Part shown: positions 24,928 through 40,533 of the stretch, piece by piece
How the letters are laid out: every line of letters begins with the position of its first letter
How positions within the stretch are numbered: the stretch's first letter is position 1
Assembly: GCA_964016885.1 (NCBI GenBank)
Contig: OZ024741.1
Coordinates: 354,144,001 to 354,208,000, forward strand
DNA length: 64,000 nucleotides
Direction of reading: 5' to 3'
Source of the DNA: Eledone cirrhosa
Taxonomy: Eukaryota
Made by a program: the position numbers and the translations under genes
The notes under the pieces: generated by a model
Database searches by the model: none
The model's input: the letters and a program-made list of their open reading frames with translations, nothing else
Told to the model about the DNA's origin: nothing

Positions 24928-26433
24928 ATATTAATAACAATAATAATAATGATTTCTACTATAGACACAAGGCCAGCAATTTTGGAGGGAGTGGAAAATT
25001 GATTAAATCGACCCCAGTGCAATACTGGTACTTTATTTTATCGACCCCGTAAGGATGAAAGGCAAAGTTAACTTCAGCAATAAAATATATGTATGTAGGT
25101 GTTTAGTTTAAACAACCAATTTCTTCCAGAGAAGGAAAGAGAAGTGTGAAAGAGATATAGAGGAAAATTAATCCCACTGATACTTTTTTATAAACTGCAA
25201 AAGGATTAAAGGCAAAGTTGACCTCAATGAGTTTTGAACTCAGAGCGCAGAGAGCTGGAACAAATACCACAAAACATTCTATTCAAATTTCTAATGCCAA
25301 TGCACTGCCTATAATATTAGAATAGTCACAGGAAAAAGGAAGAAGACTTTGCTACTTGACAGTTCTGAAAACTATCCAATAAAAGAACAACAATACCAAT
25401 AAAAGAACAACAAAGAAATTTTAAACAAAATAATGAAAATGTTGAAAGTTATCTGTGCCAGTAATACAGTAACATATTAAAATTTTATTACTTTTCAGAT
25501 AAGTATTGTATTGCAAATGTTTACACAAAAAGTCAATTGCTTACCACATAGAGACAGACAACAGTGAAATCACCTCCAAACAAATTCATCTACCACCTCC
25601 AACAGCAATAAAAGAAATGGCAAACAATACAAATGAAAGCTGTATTATTCAGTCCATGTATCCCTGCATGTTGTAAGAAGTGATTAAAAGGGTTGGTGTC
25701 ATGATGGGCATCCAGTTGTAAAATGCTGTTTCAAAAAATCCCATCTAACCCATGCTAGCATGGAAAAGTCAGCATGATGATGATGAGATGCTTCTAGTTA
25801 TCTCTACATTCTGATTTTTATACTTGCATAACAACTTTCTGCTTTTGAGAATATATCTACTTAAACCAGTTTGTCTATGGGGATCCAAAGTTACTTTTAG
25901 ATCAGGGTTATTTTTTCTCCAGATATTATTTTAGTCACGTCTAATGAAATACAAGGATACTGTGTACCTATTCTAAACTACATACTTATGGCCTATATGA
26001 TGACTAAAAACATAAACAATCTCCATAAAAATAGATGTCTTAGGAATGATTTTAAAATGTAGACATACATAATCAAAATCTCAGCGTATATACATACACT
26101 GTACCTGATTTAGAGAACTAAGCACTACTAGGCACTGCATATTACATAGGGTACTTGCAATACAATAGCAAAAGACAAAAAATGCTGCACATATCCAAAG
26201 CACATGCTGTTGTGTTTTATTATGTGCTTTCACTGTACAACTAAAGCAATAATAAGACTATTTATAATAATAATTCTAATATAACATGACTGTATCGTAT
26301 TACTAATCTGACTGATATTATTTCATGAACCGCAAAAGAATGAAAGACAAAGTGAATCATGGCACAAACATGAAAAGACTTAAACTCAGAGCATAAAAAG
26401 ATGCAAATAAATACAATAATATGATAATAATAA

Positions 26434-27100
26434 TTTCTAATTTAGGTACAAGGCCAGCAATTTGGGGGAGGGGAAAGTCAATTATATTGACCTCAGTACT
26501 TTACTGGTACTTTATTGATCATAAAAGGATGAAGTGCAAAGTTGACTTCAGTAGGATTTGAACTCAGAACATAAAAGAAACCTGGAACAGATACTGTGAA
26601 GCCTTTGTACAATAAACATTGTCAATCCTGTCATAAATAATTGTTTCTACTTTAGGCACAAGGCCAGAAATTTGAAGGGGAGGGGAAGCTCGATTAAATC
26701 AACCCCAGTGTATTAATGGTGCTTTATTTTATCAACCCCGTAAGGATGAAAAGCAAAGCTAACTTCAGTGGGATTTGAACTCAGACCATAAAGGCCCGTA
26801 ACTCTGTGCTGCAAAGCATGTTGTACGACGCTCTACCGATACTGCCAATCCACTGCCCTAATCCAGTCATAAATAATAATAATAATTGTTTTCATTTTTG
26901 GCACAAGGTCAGCAATTTTGAAGAGAAGGGCAAAAATCAATTAAATCAACCCCAATGTGTTACTGGTGCTTTATTTTATTAACTGCATAAGGATGAAATT
27001 CAAAGCTAACAACAGTGGGATTTGAACTCAGAACATAAAAAGCCATAGCTATCTGCCACAAAACATACTGTCCGACACCCTAGTGATACTGTCAATCTAC
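26434..27100 (-). mobile_element. Three tandem SINE family A copies
   Basis: Repeated reverse-complement family motifs (GGCACAAGGCCAG..GGATGAAA..GGATTTGAACTCAG). Confidence 0.8.
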
Positions 27101-27417
27101 TGAGTTTGATTTAATCAACTAATCCCTTTCTAAAAACTGTTGTTTCAGTGAAAAGCATCCAACTGAAAAAAAACATGCTAAAAGCAGAACATATGTGGGT
27201 GAGACATGACCCCTGTCTTGTTTGGAAGGAAAGTAACACTGATTAAGTAGCAACTTGGTCTGCAATGATCAGTCCAACTTATGCCAGCCTGAATAAATGA
27301 ACATTAAATGATGACGATGGGGTCTTCGGCTAATCTTGTGCCATATATGTAACAATAACCTCAATTGGTTCTCACCTGGCCTTTATCGAATATTGGTACC
27401 AATTTATTTATAGCCCT

Positions 27418-27715
27418 GGCATGGCTGAGTGGTTAAGGAGTTTGCTTCACAACCAATTGGTTCTGGGTTAAGCTTTATTACATGACACCTTGGCCTGGAA
27501 ACCAATCATATATGTGTGTGTGTGTGCATGTTTCTGTTTACATTTGTGTCTGTGTTTATGTTCTATAACTTAACAGTTCGACAAAAAAGAGATCAATAAA
27601 ATATGTACCAGGCATGAAAAAATAAGTACTGGGGCCAATATGATCAACTAAATCAAGACAGTGCCCCATCATGTTAACAGTCTAATGACTGAAACTATAG
27701 TAAAAGAATAAAAGA
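27418..27715 (+). mobile_element. tRNA-derived SINE (second type) with A-rich tail
   Basis: GCATGGCTGAGTGGTTAAG head, internal (TG)n, ..AATGACTGAAAC..AAAAGAATAAAAG tail. Confidence 0.6.
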
Positions 27716-28634
27716 ATGCCAGTATATAATCATTGTAAGTGAGAGGTGTCAACTGTCTTAACTATTCAACATAACAAATAACTGGAGGTAATGTTAGTTA
27801 GATTGTTGTCAGCACATTATAGGTAACAGGTGGTGGCTTGTCAACATAACGCTACTGATGACGAGGTTCTTTGCTACTTAAGCTTCATGATAATAGTGTG
27901 AAAAACAGGAAGAATACCAGACAGCCCTGGCATAAAGACAAACGTTATTCTTTTTATTTCATTGGTTTACTGAATATTGTTGACGTTACATAAAAATGAT
28001 CAATAAGATTTAAGCAGACAAAAAAAAAATAATAGTAAAAAAAATAATAGTAAAATAAATAATAGTAAAAAAAAATTTAAATAATAGTAAAAAAAATATT
28101 AATAGTAAAAAAAGATAAAATATATAATAATAGTAAAAAATAAAATAAAATAAATGATAAAGGTAAAATAAAGTGATGTCTGCACAAAGGAAGCTTCTGG
28201 AATATTCTAGTGAAATAAAGAAAGACAAGATAGTGTGTGGTGGAGTAGATATAATGTTTTTTTTTTAATTTAGCAAATAAATTTATTTCCCATCTTTCTT
28301 CACACTGGCAAGGTTTGCAGACTTGTTCACACTACACTAACATAGACACAAGAAAAGTTTTTAAAAATTCATAAAATATGTGTGTGTGATGAAGAGGGTG
28401 ATGATGATGGTGGAATGATAGTGGTGGTGCTAACACAATTTTGCCAAAACAAATAATAATTCCTAAATATTTGTCATCTATAGTATATTAACAACAATGA
28501 ATCTATCTCTCAGTTGTCACCAACAGAATGATAACAGTATGATGATAAAGATGATGAGGGTGTCATTGAGAGTGGTAGCAGTCAGAATTATTGTAGTCAT
28601 AGTAAATGTGGCAGGGAGGAGGACTTCTTATTGG

Positions 28635-29225
28635 AAAGTTCAAGTATCTCAAGGTTGTTTTCACAAGTGATGGAATACAGGAAGCTGAATTAAGTGCAAG
28701 TAATGCAGAAACTGGTGCAGTAATGCACCAACTTTAGCATTCGGTCATCAGAATAAGGAGTATAGATGAAAGAGCCAAACTCGATATCTTCAATTCGGTA
28801 TTCATGCCAACCCTTATCTATGGTCATGAATCTTGGGTAATGACCAAAAGAATATGATCGCGAATACAAATAAGTGAAATGGATTCCTCCAAAGGATCAT
28901 TGGAGTAACATCACTCGATAAAGCTCAGGGATCAGAGTCACACAAGGTAGAGATACTGCTTTTCTGAATTAAGAGATCACAGTTCTGATACTATGGACAT
29001 GTGGTCAAAATGTCTCAAGAAAGAATCGCTGGGCAGATTTTATATGGGCAAATCCAAATGGTAGGAGACTCATGGATAGAAACAAACAAGATGGTTGGCT
29101 AACATGAGCTCAACTGATCTCGCTTGTGGATCCAGTCAGATTAATTGAAGATAGTTGCTTCTGATATGACCCACTGGAAGGCATACTTGAGGACTCTGCC
29201 CCCACAACTTTCCCAGAAATAAGTG
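28635..29225 (+). mobile_element. RTE LINE 3' portion (Rex3/Expander-like), decayed
   Basis: Nucleotide similarity to 17830-18415 (CCAACCCTTA.CTATGG.CATGAATCT). Confidence 0.82.
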
Positions 29226-29447
29226 GACAAAGAAGAAGTGGAAAATATGGCGAATCAATAAAAGCAAAGATGATGATCATACAGTAAAGAAGTGCTGTGA
29301 TAGAAAAAAAGGTGTACAATCCATGCAAGCAAGGAAAAAAAAGAAAAGAAAAATGTGGTGATGATGTTTATGATGGTATGTATAAGAACGTTGTTGTTGT
29401 TGTGGTAACGGTGGTAAGGAGGAGGAGTAGCAGTACAAGTGACAAAA

Positions 29448-32400
29448 ATATAACAGACATTATAATGACACCAATATAACAGACATTATCATGACACCAA
29501 TATAACAGACATTATCATGACACCAATATAACAGACATTATAAAGACGCCAATATAACAGACATTATCATGACACCAATATAACAGACATTATCATGACA
29601 CCAATATAACAACAGACATTATCATTACACCAATATAACAGACATTATCATGACACCAATATAACAGACATTATCATGATACCAAAATAACAGACATTAT
29701 CATGACACTAATATAACCACAGACATTATCATGACACCAATATAACAGACATTATCATGACACCAATATAACAGACATTATCAAGACACCAATATAACAA
29801 CAGACATTATCATGACACCAATATAACATACATTATCATGACACCAATATAACAGACATTATCATGACACCAATATAACAACAGACATTATCATGACACC
29901 AACATAACAGACATTATCATGACACCAATATAACAGACATTATCATGACACCAATATAACAACAGACATTATCATGACACCAATATAACAGACATTATTA
30001 TGACACCAATATAACAACAGACATTATCAAGACACCAATATAACAGACATTATCAAGACACCGATATAACAGACATTATCAAGACACCAATATAGCAGAC
30101 ATTATCATGACACCAATATAACAGACATTATCATGACACCAATATAACAGACATTATCATGACACTAATATAACAGACATTATCATGACACCAATATAAC
30201 AGACAGTATCAAGACACCAATATAACAGACATTATCATGACACTAATATAACAGACATTATCATGACACTAATATAACAGACATTATCAAGACACCAATA
30301 TAACAACAGACATTATCATGACACCAATATAACATACATTATCATGACACTAATATAACAGACATTATCAAGACACCAATATAACAGACAGTATCAAGAC
30401 ACCAATATAACAGACAGTATCAAGACACCAATATAACAGACATTATCATGACACTAATATAACAGACATTATCATGACACCAATATAATAGACATTATCA
30501 AGACTCCAATATAACAGACATTATCATGACACCAATATAACAGACATTATCAAGACATCAATATAACAGACATTATCAAGACACCAATATAACAACAGAC
30601 ATTATCAAGACACCAATATAACAGACATTATCATGACACCAATATAACCACAGACATTATCATGACACCAATATAACAACAGACATTATCAAGACACCAA
30701 TATAACAGACATTATCAAGACACCAATATAACAGACATTATCATGACACCAATATAACAGACAGTATCAAGACACCAATATAACAGACATTATCATGACA
30801 CTAATATAACAGACATTATCATGACACCAATATAACAGACATTATCATGACACTAATATAACAGACATTATCAAGACACCAATATAACAGACATTATCAA
30901 GACACCAATATAACAGACATTATCATGACACCAATATAACAGACATTATCAAGACACCAATAACAGACATTATCAAGACACCAATATAACAGACATTATC
31001 ATGACACCTATATAACAGACATTATCAAGACACCTATATAACAGACATTATCAAGACACCAATATAACAGACATTATCATGACACCAATATAACAACAGA
31101 CATTATCAAGACACCAATATAACAGACATTATCATGACACCAATATAACAGACATTATCAAGACACTAATATAATAGACATTATCAAGACACCAATATAA
31201 CAGACATTATCATGACACCAATATAACAGACATTATCATGACACCAATATAACAACAGACATTATCAAGACACCAATATAACAGACATTATCATGACACC
31301 AATATAACAGACATTATCAAGACACCAATATAACAACAGACATTATCAAAATACCAATATAACAGACATTATCATGACACTAATATAACAGACATTATCA
31401 TGACACCAATATAACAGACATTATCAAGACTCCAATATAACAGACATTATCATGACACCAATATAACAGACATTATCAAGACATCAATATAACAGACATT
31501 ATCAAGACACCAATATAACAACAGACATTATCAAGACACCAATATAACAGACATTATCATGACACCAATATAACAGGCATTATCATGACACCAATATAAC
31601 AGACATTATCAAGACTCCAATATAACAGACATTATCAAGAATCCAATATAACAGACATTATCAAGACACCAATATAACAGACATTATCATGACACCAATA
31701 TAACCACAGACATTATCATGACACTAATATAACAGACATTATCAAGACACCAATATAACAGACATTATCATGACACCAATATAACAACAGACATTATCAA
31801 GACACCAATATAACAGACATTATCAAGACACCAATATAACAGACATTATCATGACACCAATATAACAGACATTATCATGACACCAATATAACAGACATTA
31901 TCAAGACACCAATATAACAACAGCCATTATCAAGACACCGATATAACAGACATTATCAAGACACCAATATAACAGACATTATCATGACACCAATATAAGA
32001 CATTATCATGACACCAATATAACCACAGACATTATCAAGACACCAATATAACAGACATTATCATGACACCAATATAAGACATTATCAAGACACCAATATA
32101 ACAACAGACATTATCAAGACACCAATATAACAGACATTATCATGACACCAATATAACCACAGACATTATCAAGACACCAATATAACCACAGACATTATCA
32201 AGACGCCAATATAACCACAGACATTATCATGACACCAATATAACAACAGATATTATCATGACACCAATATAACAGACATTATCATGACACCAATATAACA
32301 GTCATTATCATGACACCAATATAACAGTCATTATCATGACACCAATATAACAGACATTATCATGACACCAATATAACCACAGACATTATCATGACACCAA

Positions 32401-35400
32401 TATAACAGACATTATCATGACAACAATAAAACAGTCATTATCATGACACCAATATAACAGACATTATCATGACACCAATATAACAGACATTATCATGACA
32501 CCAATATAACCACAGACATTACCATGACACCAATATAACAACAGACATTATCAAGACACCAATATAACAGACATTATCAAGAATCCAATATAACAGACAC
32601 TATCAAGACAGCAATATAACAGACATTATCATGACACCAATATAACCACAGACATTATCATGACACTAATATAACAGACATTATCAAGGCACCAATATAA
32701 CAGACATTATCATGACACCAATATAACAGACATTATCATGACACCAATATAACAGACATTATCAAGACACCAATATAACAACAGCCATTATCAAGACACC
32801 AATATAACAGACATTATCAAGACACCAATATAACAGACATTATCATGACACCAATATAAGACATTATCATGACACCAATATAACCACAGACATTATCAAG
32901 ACACCAATATAACAGACATTATCATGACACCAATATAAGACATTATCAAGACACCAATATAACAACAGACATTATCAAGACACCAATATAACAGACATTA
33001 TCATGACACCAATATAACCACAGACATTATCAAGACACCAATATAACCACATACATTATCAAGACACCAATATAACCACAGACATTATCATGACACCAAT
33101 ATAACCACAGACATTATCATGACACCAATATAACAGACATTATCATGACACCAATATAACAGTCATTATCATGACACCATAACAGACATTATCATGACAT
33201 CAATATAACAGACATTATCATGACACCAATATAACAACAGACACTATCAAGACACCAATATAACAACAGACATTATCAAGACACCAATATAACAGACATT
33301 ATCAATACACCAATATAACAGACATTATCAAGACACCAATATAACAGACATTATCATGACACCAATATAACCACAGACATTATCAAGACACCAATATAAC
33401 CAGAGACATTATCAAGACACCAATATAACAGACATTATCATGACAACAATATAACCACAGACATTATCATGACACCAATATAACAGACATTATCATGACA
33501 CCAATATAACAGACATTATCATGACACCAATATAACAACAGACATTATCATGACACCAATATAACAGATATTATCATGACACCAATATAACAGACATTAT
33601 CATGACACCAATATAACAGACATTATCAAGACACCAATATAACAACAGACATTATCATGACACCAATATAAACACAGACATTATCAAGACACCAATATAA
33701 CCACAGATATTATCATGACACCAATATAACAGACATTATCATGACACCAATATAACAGACATTATCAAGACACCAATATAACAGACATTATCATGACACC
33801 AATATAACAGACATTATCAAGACACCAATATAACCACAGACATTACCATGACACCAATATAACCACAGACATTATCAAGACACCAATATAACCACAGACA
33901 TTATCATGACACCAATATAACAGACATTATCAAGACACCAATATAACCACAGACATTATCATGACACCAATATAACAGGCATTATCATGACACCAATATA
34001 ACAGACATTATCATGACACCAATATAACAGACATTATCAAGACACCAATATAACCACAGACATTATCATGACACCAATATAACCACAGACATTATCAAGA
34101 CACCAATATAACCACAGACATTATCATGACACCAATATAACCACAGACATTATCAAGACACCAATATAACCACAGACATTATCATGACACCAATATAACA
34201 GACATTATCATGACACCAATATAACAGACATTATCAAGACACCAATATAACCACAGACATTATCAAGACACCAATATAACCACAGACATTATCAAGACAC
34301 CAATATAACAGACATTATCAAGACACCAATATAACCACAGACATTATCGTGACACCAATATAACAGACATTATCATGACACCAATATAACAGACATTATC
34401 AAGACACCAATATAACCACAGACATTATCATGACACCAATATAACCACAGACATTATCATGACACCAATATAACAGACATTATCATGACACCAATATAAC
34501 AGACATTATCATGACACCAATATAACAGACATTATCATGACACCAATATAACAGACATTATCATGACACCAATATAACAGACATTATCAAGACACCAATA
34601 TAACCACAGACATTATCATGACACCAATATAACCACAGACATTATCATGACACCAATATAACCACAGACATTATCATGACACCAATATAACCACAGACAT
34701 TATCATGACACCAATATAACAACAGACATTATCAAGACACCAATATAACCACAGACATTATCAAGACACCAATATAACAGACATTATCAAGACACCAATA
34801 TAACCACAGACATTATCATGACACCAATATAACAGACATTATCATGACACCAATATAACAGACATTATCAAGACACCAATATAACCACAGACATTATCAT
34901 GACACCAATATAACAGACATTATCATGACACCAATATAACAGACATTATCGAGACACCAATATAACCACAGACATTATCAAGACACCAATATAACAGACA
35001 TTATCAAGACACCAATATAACCAGACATTATCATGACACCAATATAACCACAGACATTATCATGACACCAATATAACAGACATTATCATGACACCAATAT
35101 AACAGACATTATCATGACACCAATATAACAGACATTATCAAGACACCAATATAACCACAGACATTATCATGACACCAATATAACCACAGACATTATCATG
35201 ACACCAATATAACCACAGACATTATCATGACACCAATATAACCACAGACATTATCATGACACCAATATAACAACAGACATTATCAAGACACCAATATAAC
35301 CACAGACATTATCAAGACACCAATATAACAGACATTATCAAGACACCAATATAACCACAGACATTATCATGACACCAATATAACAGACATTATCATGACA

Positions 35401-37413
35401 CCAATATAACAGACATTATCAAGACACCAATATAACCACAGACATTATCATGACACCTATATAACAGACATTATCATGACACCAATATAACAGACATTAT
35501 CGAGACACCAATATAACCACAGACATTATCAAGACACCAATATAACAGACATTATCAAGACACCAATATAACCACAGACATTATCATGACACCAATATAA
35601 CAGACATTATCATGACACCAATATAACAGTCATTATCATGATACCAATATAACCACAGACATTATCAAGACACCAATATAACAGACATTATCAAGACACC
35701 AATATAACCACAGATATTATCATGACACCAATATAACCACAGACATTATCATGACACCAATATAACCACAGACATTATCATGACACCAATATAACAGACA
35801 TTATCATGACACCAATATAACAGACATTATCATGACACCAATATAACAGACATTATCATGACACCAATATAACAGACATTATCATGACACCAATATAACC
35901 ACAGACATTATCAAGACACCAATATAACCACAGACATTATCATGACACCAATATAACAACAGACATTATCATGACACCAATATAACAGACATTATCATGA
36001 CACCAATATAACAGACATTATCATGACACCAATATAACAACAGACATTATCAAGACACCAATATAACAGACATTATCAAGACACCAATATAACAGACATT
36101 ATCATGACACCAATATAACCACAGACATTATCATGACACCAATATAACAGACATTATCATGACACCAATATAACAGTCATTATCATGACACCAATATAAC
36201 AGACATTATCAAGACACCAATATAACCACAGACATTATCATGACACCAATATAACAGTCATTATCATGACACCAATATAACAGACATTATCAAGACACCA
36301 ATATAACCACAGACATTATCATGACACTAATATAACAGACATTATCATGACACCAATATAACAGACATTATCAAGACACTAATATAACAGACATTATCAT
36401 GACACCAATATAACAGACATTATCATGACACCAATATAACCACAGACATTATCATGACACTAATATAACAGACATTATCATGACACCAATATAACAGACA
36501 TTATCATGACACCAATATAACAGACATTATCAAGACACCAATATAACCACAGACATTATCAAGACACCAATATAACTACAGACATTATCATGACACCAAT
36601 ATAACAACAGACATTATCAAGACACCAATATAACCACAGACATTATCATAACACCAATATAACAGACATTATCATGACACCAATATAACCACAGACATTA
36701 TCATGACACTAATATAACAGACATTATCATGACACCAATATAACAGACATTATCATGACACCAATATAACAGACATTATCAAGACACCAATATAACAGAC
36801 ATTATCATGACACCAATATAACAGACATTATCAAGACACCAATATAACCACAGACATTATCAAGACACCAATATAACCACAGACATTATCATGACACCAA
36901 TATAACAGTCATTATCATGACACCAATATAACAGACATTATCAAGACACCAATATAACAGACATTATCATGACACCAATATAACAGACATTATCAAGACA
37001 CCAATATAACAGACATTATCATGACACCAATATAACAGTCATTATCATGACACCAATATAACAGACATTATCATGACACCAATATAACCACAGACATTAT
37101 CAAGACACCAATATAACCACAGACATTATCATGACACCAATATAACCACAGACATTATCAAGACACCAATATAACCACAGATATTATCATGACACCAATA
37201 TAACCACAGACATTATCATGACACCAATATAACAGACATTATCATGACACCAATATAACCACAGACATTATCATGACACCAATATAACCACAGACATTAT
37301 CATGACACCAATATAACAGACATTATGATGACACCAATATAACCACAGACATTATCATGACACCAATATAACAACAGACATTATCATGACACTAATACAA
37401 CAGACATTACCAA
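29448..37413. repeat. ~8-kb minisatellite, 26-bp unit ACAGACATTATC(A/T)..: ACAGACATTATCATGACACCAATATA, with 29-bp variants; about 290-300 units
   Basis: Direct observation; lies in the last NEMF intron. Confidence 0.98.
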
Positions 37414-37523
37414 GGCACGTTTTTAACGTTTTTAAAAGGTCAGACACTCTAGCACCCAGAAATAATGGAACAATGGAGCAACAGATGTAATAGTAACATA
37501 GTAGCAATGCATTATCAGTTTAA

Positions 37524-38621
37524 CCCTTTAGCATTCACATTAATTTGTCAAATATCATGGTTATCTGTTCACATTATTTTCAGTTAAATGTACTCAAGAG
37601 GGTTATCAATTTTATTTATTTTAAATTTTCTTAATTGATATGCAGGCTTGAAATTTTGTCAGTAGATGTTTAAATATCAATAATTTACAATTATATAATT
37701 TTACTTGATTTTTTGGGTTAAATTTGACTTTTATGGACAGATGAAATTAATTAATAGGGGCATTTGAAGTATCAACCAGGTGCAAATACTGGTTTAATTT
37801 TAAATACGTTGTTTTCGGCATAATACTTGATATATAAGGATCACTAAACCTTATATCAGTGCTCCAATAATTCCAGTCTTGGAAATTGTTTTATACCGAA
37901 CATAATATTTACGGTAAAAAATGCTTGCATTTCCGCAGCATCTGTCGGTCGCCATAACAGATCGGGTTTTCCTCGATTTGAAATCTGTTGTTGGGCATAT
38001 CAATTAATCTCTTCTGCCACAACTTCGAAGAAAGTTTGTGGTAAAAAGAAAAAGAAATAATCCAGTGCTTCAGCATCGGGAGCTAATGTGTGTTGTGGAC
38101 CAGTATTTTGAATAAAATCGGGAACATATATTGGTGTGGTATTTTTCAACCACGTTGCTGTAATATTTTCAATGGCGTCCTGGAGATCTCCTTCGTTTTC
38201 ACTTTCAAAACAACAATCATCGTCGATGAAATTTCAGTAATGTAAACATCTAATTCATTTGAAGATAAATCACTAATATTATCTTTTGTTTCTTGTTCAT
38301 TCTGAATGTCGTCGTATGTAAAAACCTTCAAATTCGGTATCGCTACTTTCATAAGCCATGTTGATACACACAAAAAATCTGTTCTACTTTCAACATTAAA
38401 AAAACACATGTTGTTTTAAGTTGTTTCACTATATTAAGTGTTAATTTTTGCGGTAAGGGCCTAATCTTGCAGTAATCTCAAATTGACGAGATTTTGATGA
38501 CAGTATTGTTTATTTTTAGAACAATATTTTAGTGTGGGTGTTATCGGCCGGTTTTGGGCGGCTTGAACAAATCAAGGGGAAATAATTGCGGCCAGTTTGG
38601 GGCGGTTTGAACACTAAAGGG
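37524..38621 (-). mobile_element. Internally deleted piggyBac element with PGBD4-like transposase N-terminal remnant
   Basis: TTAA|CCCTTTAG ... CTAAAGGG|TTAA; minus strand FFEVVAEEIN*YAQQ..LWRPTDAAEMQAFFTVNIMFGI..YWSTD. Confidence 0.85.
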
Positions 38622-39473
38622 TTAAACTGTTGCTCCTCATCTTTTCTATTTTATAAAACACTGCATTTCAAACAGTTTGATCCCTATTCTTCATCAGTTC
38701 CCTTAGTTCACATGCTTATGTACATTTTCTCACAGTAACATATCTGTTTTAACCAGATTCCATGTCATACATAGGAAAATCAGTACCCTTACTTTTGGGA
38801 CAACCTCGTATGTGTTTGTGTGTATGTGTATCACCCCATCTCTTTCTCTCTCTCTCCACCCTCTCTCTGATGCAGATCAGTGAAGGAAGCAAACATTATT
38901 GGTCCAGACCTATCATGTTGGCTTCAATCACTATCACCCCCTCGAAATATTGCCCCTCTGTGCCTTTTCCATAAACATTTTCATGGAAATAGTTCTGTTG
39001 AGCTTTTTTCTTTGTTGTCTCATCTTCAGAGAGTTTAAACATAGTACCAAATGTGTAGCTTGCTCTCATCCCTTTACAGATGAAGTTCTTAAATGAAATT
39101 GTAAATTCTCTTCTGATAGTTTCTTCCCTTTCACATCTCACCTATGGAATTCTCTTCTGACCAGTATGATTTGCAAAAATTCAAAAACAACATCAAAGAT
39201 CCTCATCATCTCTCTCCTTGAATTATGGTCTCTTTGTCTTCTTTTCCCTTCTCTGTAACCCTTGCATTTTAGTGACTTTATTGCCTTGCTGTCAATCAGC
39301 TGTCTTTCAAACAAAGTCCTTTACAATGAGCTTGAGCCACAACCTTATCACTGGCACTGTCACAAATGAGGTGCAACAGTGTTTGGCACACTGGAAACAT
39401 AACTAATAAACTACTGATCAGCAATTGTGGTAAAAAAACAAACAAGAAAAACAAATAGAACAATGAAACTTAC

Positions 39474-39553
39474 CTTTAATATTTTTATCAAATCTTTTTC
39501 TCGGCTTGAAGCAGTTTTGTCTTGGGAAAATATGGCAAGTGCAGTTTTAGCAG
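39474..39553 (-). CDS. NEMF: NEMF exon: (A)AKTALAIFSQDKTASSREKDLIKILK
   Basis: Homology to NEMF AAKTAL..REKDL; AG/GTAAG boundaries; phase-consistent. Confidence 0.93.
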
Positions 39554-40468
39554 CTAGAGAGAGAGAGAGAGAAACTCCATTTAGTTTCAGAAATGGAATG
39601 AGATGACTGGGTCATTGAGGAAGATATGTAAGTGATAAGGTGAGACAAGTAAGGGATATGAATGTGGAAGAAAGTAGACAAAGAGGAAAACAAAGAAAGA
39701 TATGGATAAATATGAAGGAAGTATTGAAAGCCAGGGGTTGGTGAGAGGGGTTGAAACCAGGGGTTGGATATGGAAAAATGGGGAAACCTGTCATGGGGCC
39801 CACAAGGTTAACCCCTGCTTAAACAGAGAGAACAACATTAAAATGCTTGTTACTATTGTGTTGTTATTGATCTTTAAAAGTGGAGAATTGCAATTGATAT
39901 TAACAATTCTGAAAATATATTTTATATAACATAAAAAAAAATAATTCTAATTAAAAATTTCTTGCTTCTATCTCATTTTCCAGTAATGAAACAATTCTCT
40001 ATTGTTTCAGCACAAGGAAAGCAAGTCTGAAAATCAGACAGAGCTTTATTTGTCCAATTAAAAATACATTTTCAGTGAACAATACTGACCATTTATTTAA
40101 TAAAATGATGTATTGTCAACACAATATGTATGGACCAGCAACTCCTGATGTAATTGTTGGGGCACCATTGTGATATACAGCATGTCTATGGCACTTTAAA
40201 CCTGGTGGAACCCATCCCCTCTCCAGATTGGAACAGCCAATTTCTTCCAGACATGGAATGAGTGAGAGAGAGAGGAAGAATCGACCCCCAGTACAACCTT
40301 GGTACTTTTCTATAGACCTCAAACGGATGACAGAAAAAGAGATGACATAAAAAGTTGACTGTGAGAGGATTTGACATCAGAGAGCTGGAACAAATACTGT
40401 AAATCATTCTATCTGACATTCTAATGGCTCTGCCAATTCAAAGCATTGCCAACACAACAACAGAAGTA

Positions 40469-40533
40469 TAAAGCAGTCTGTGCTTCATTTAATTAATTTT
40501 TGAAATTAATTAAATGAAGCACAGACTGCTTTA
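40469..40533. repeat. Perfect 31-bp-arm palindrome with 3-nt loop
   Basis: TAAAGCAGTCTGTGCTTCATTTAATTAATTT-ttg-AAATTAATTAAATGAAGCACAGACTGCTTTA. Confidence 0.95.

Noticed and set aside
27850-27905. CTGATGA motif as a possible hammerhead
   Set aside because: No stem II followed by GAAA and no stem I
29448-37413. CRISPR array or repeat-protein coding region
   Set aside because: Contiguous 26/29-bp units without spacers; period not a multiple of 3 and stop codons recur
38896-39141. 81-aa minus-strand ORF as an alternative NEMF terminal exon
   Set aside because: No NEMF similarity; the true C-terminus is at 24386-24466; probably decayed LINE sequence
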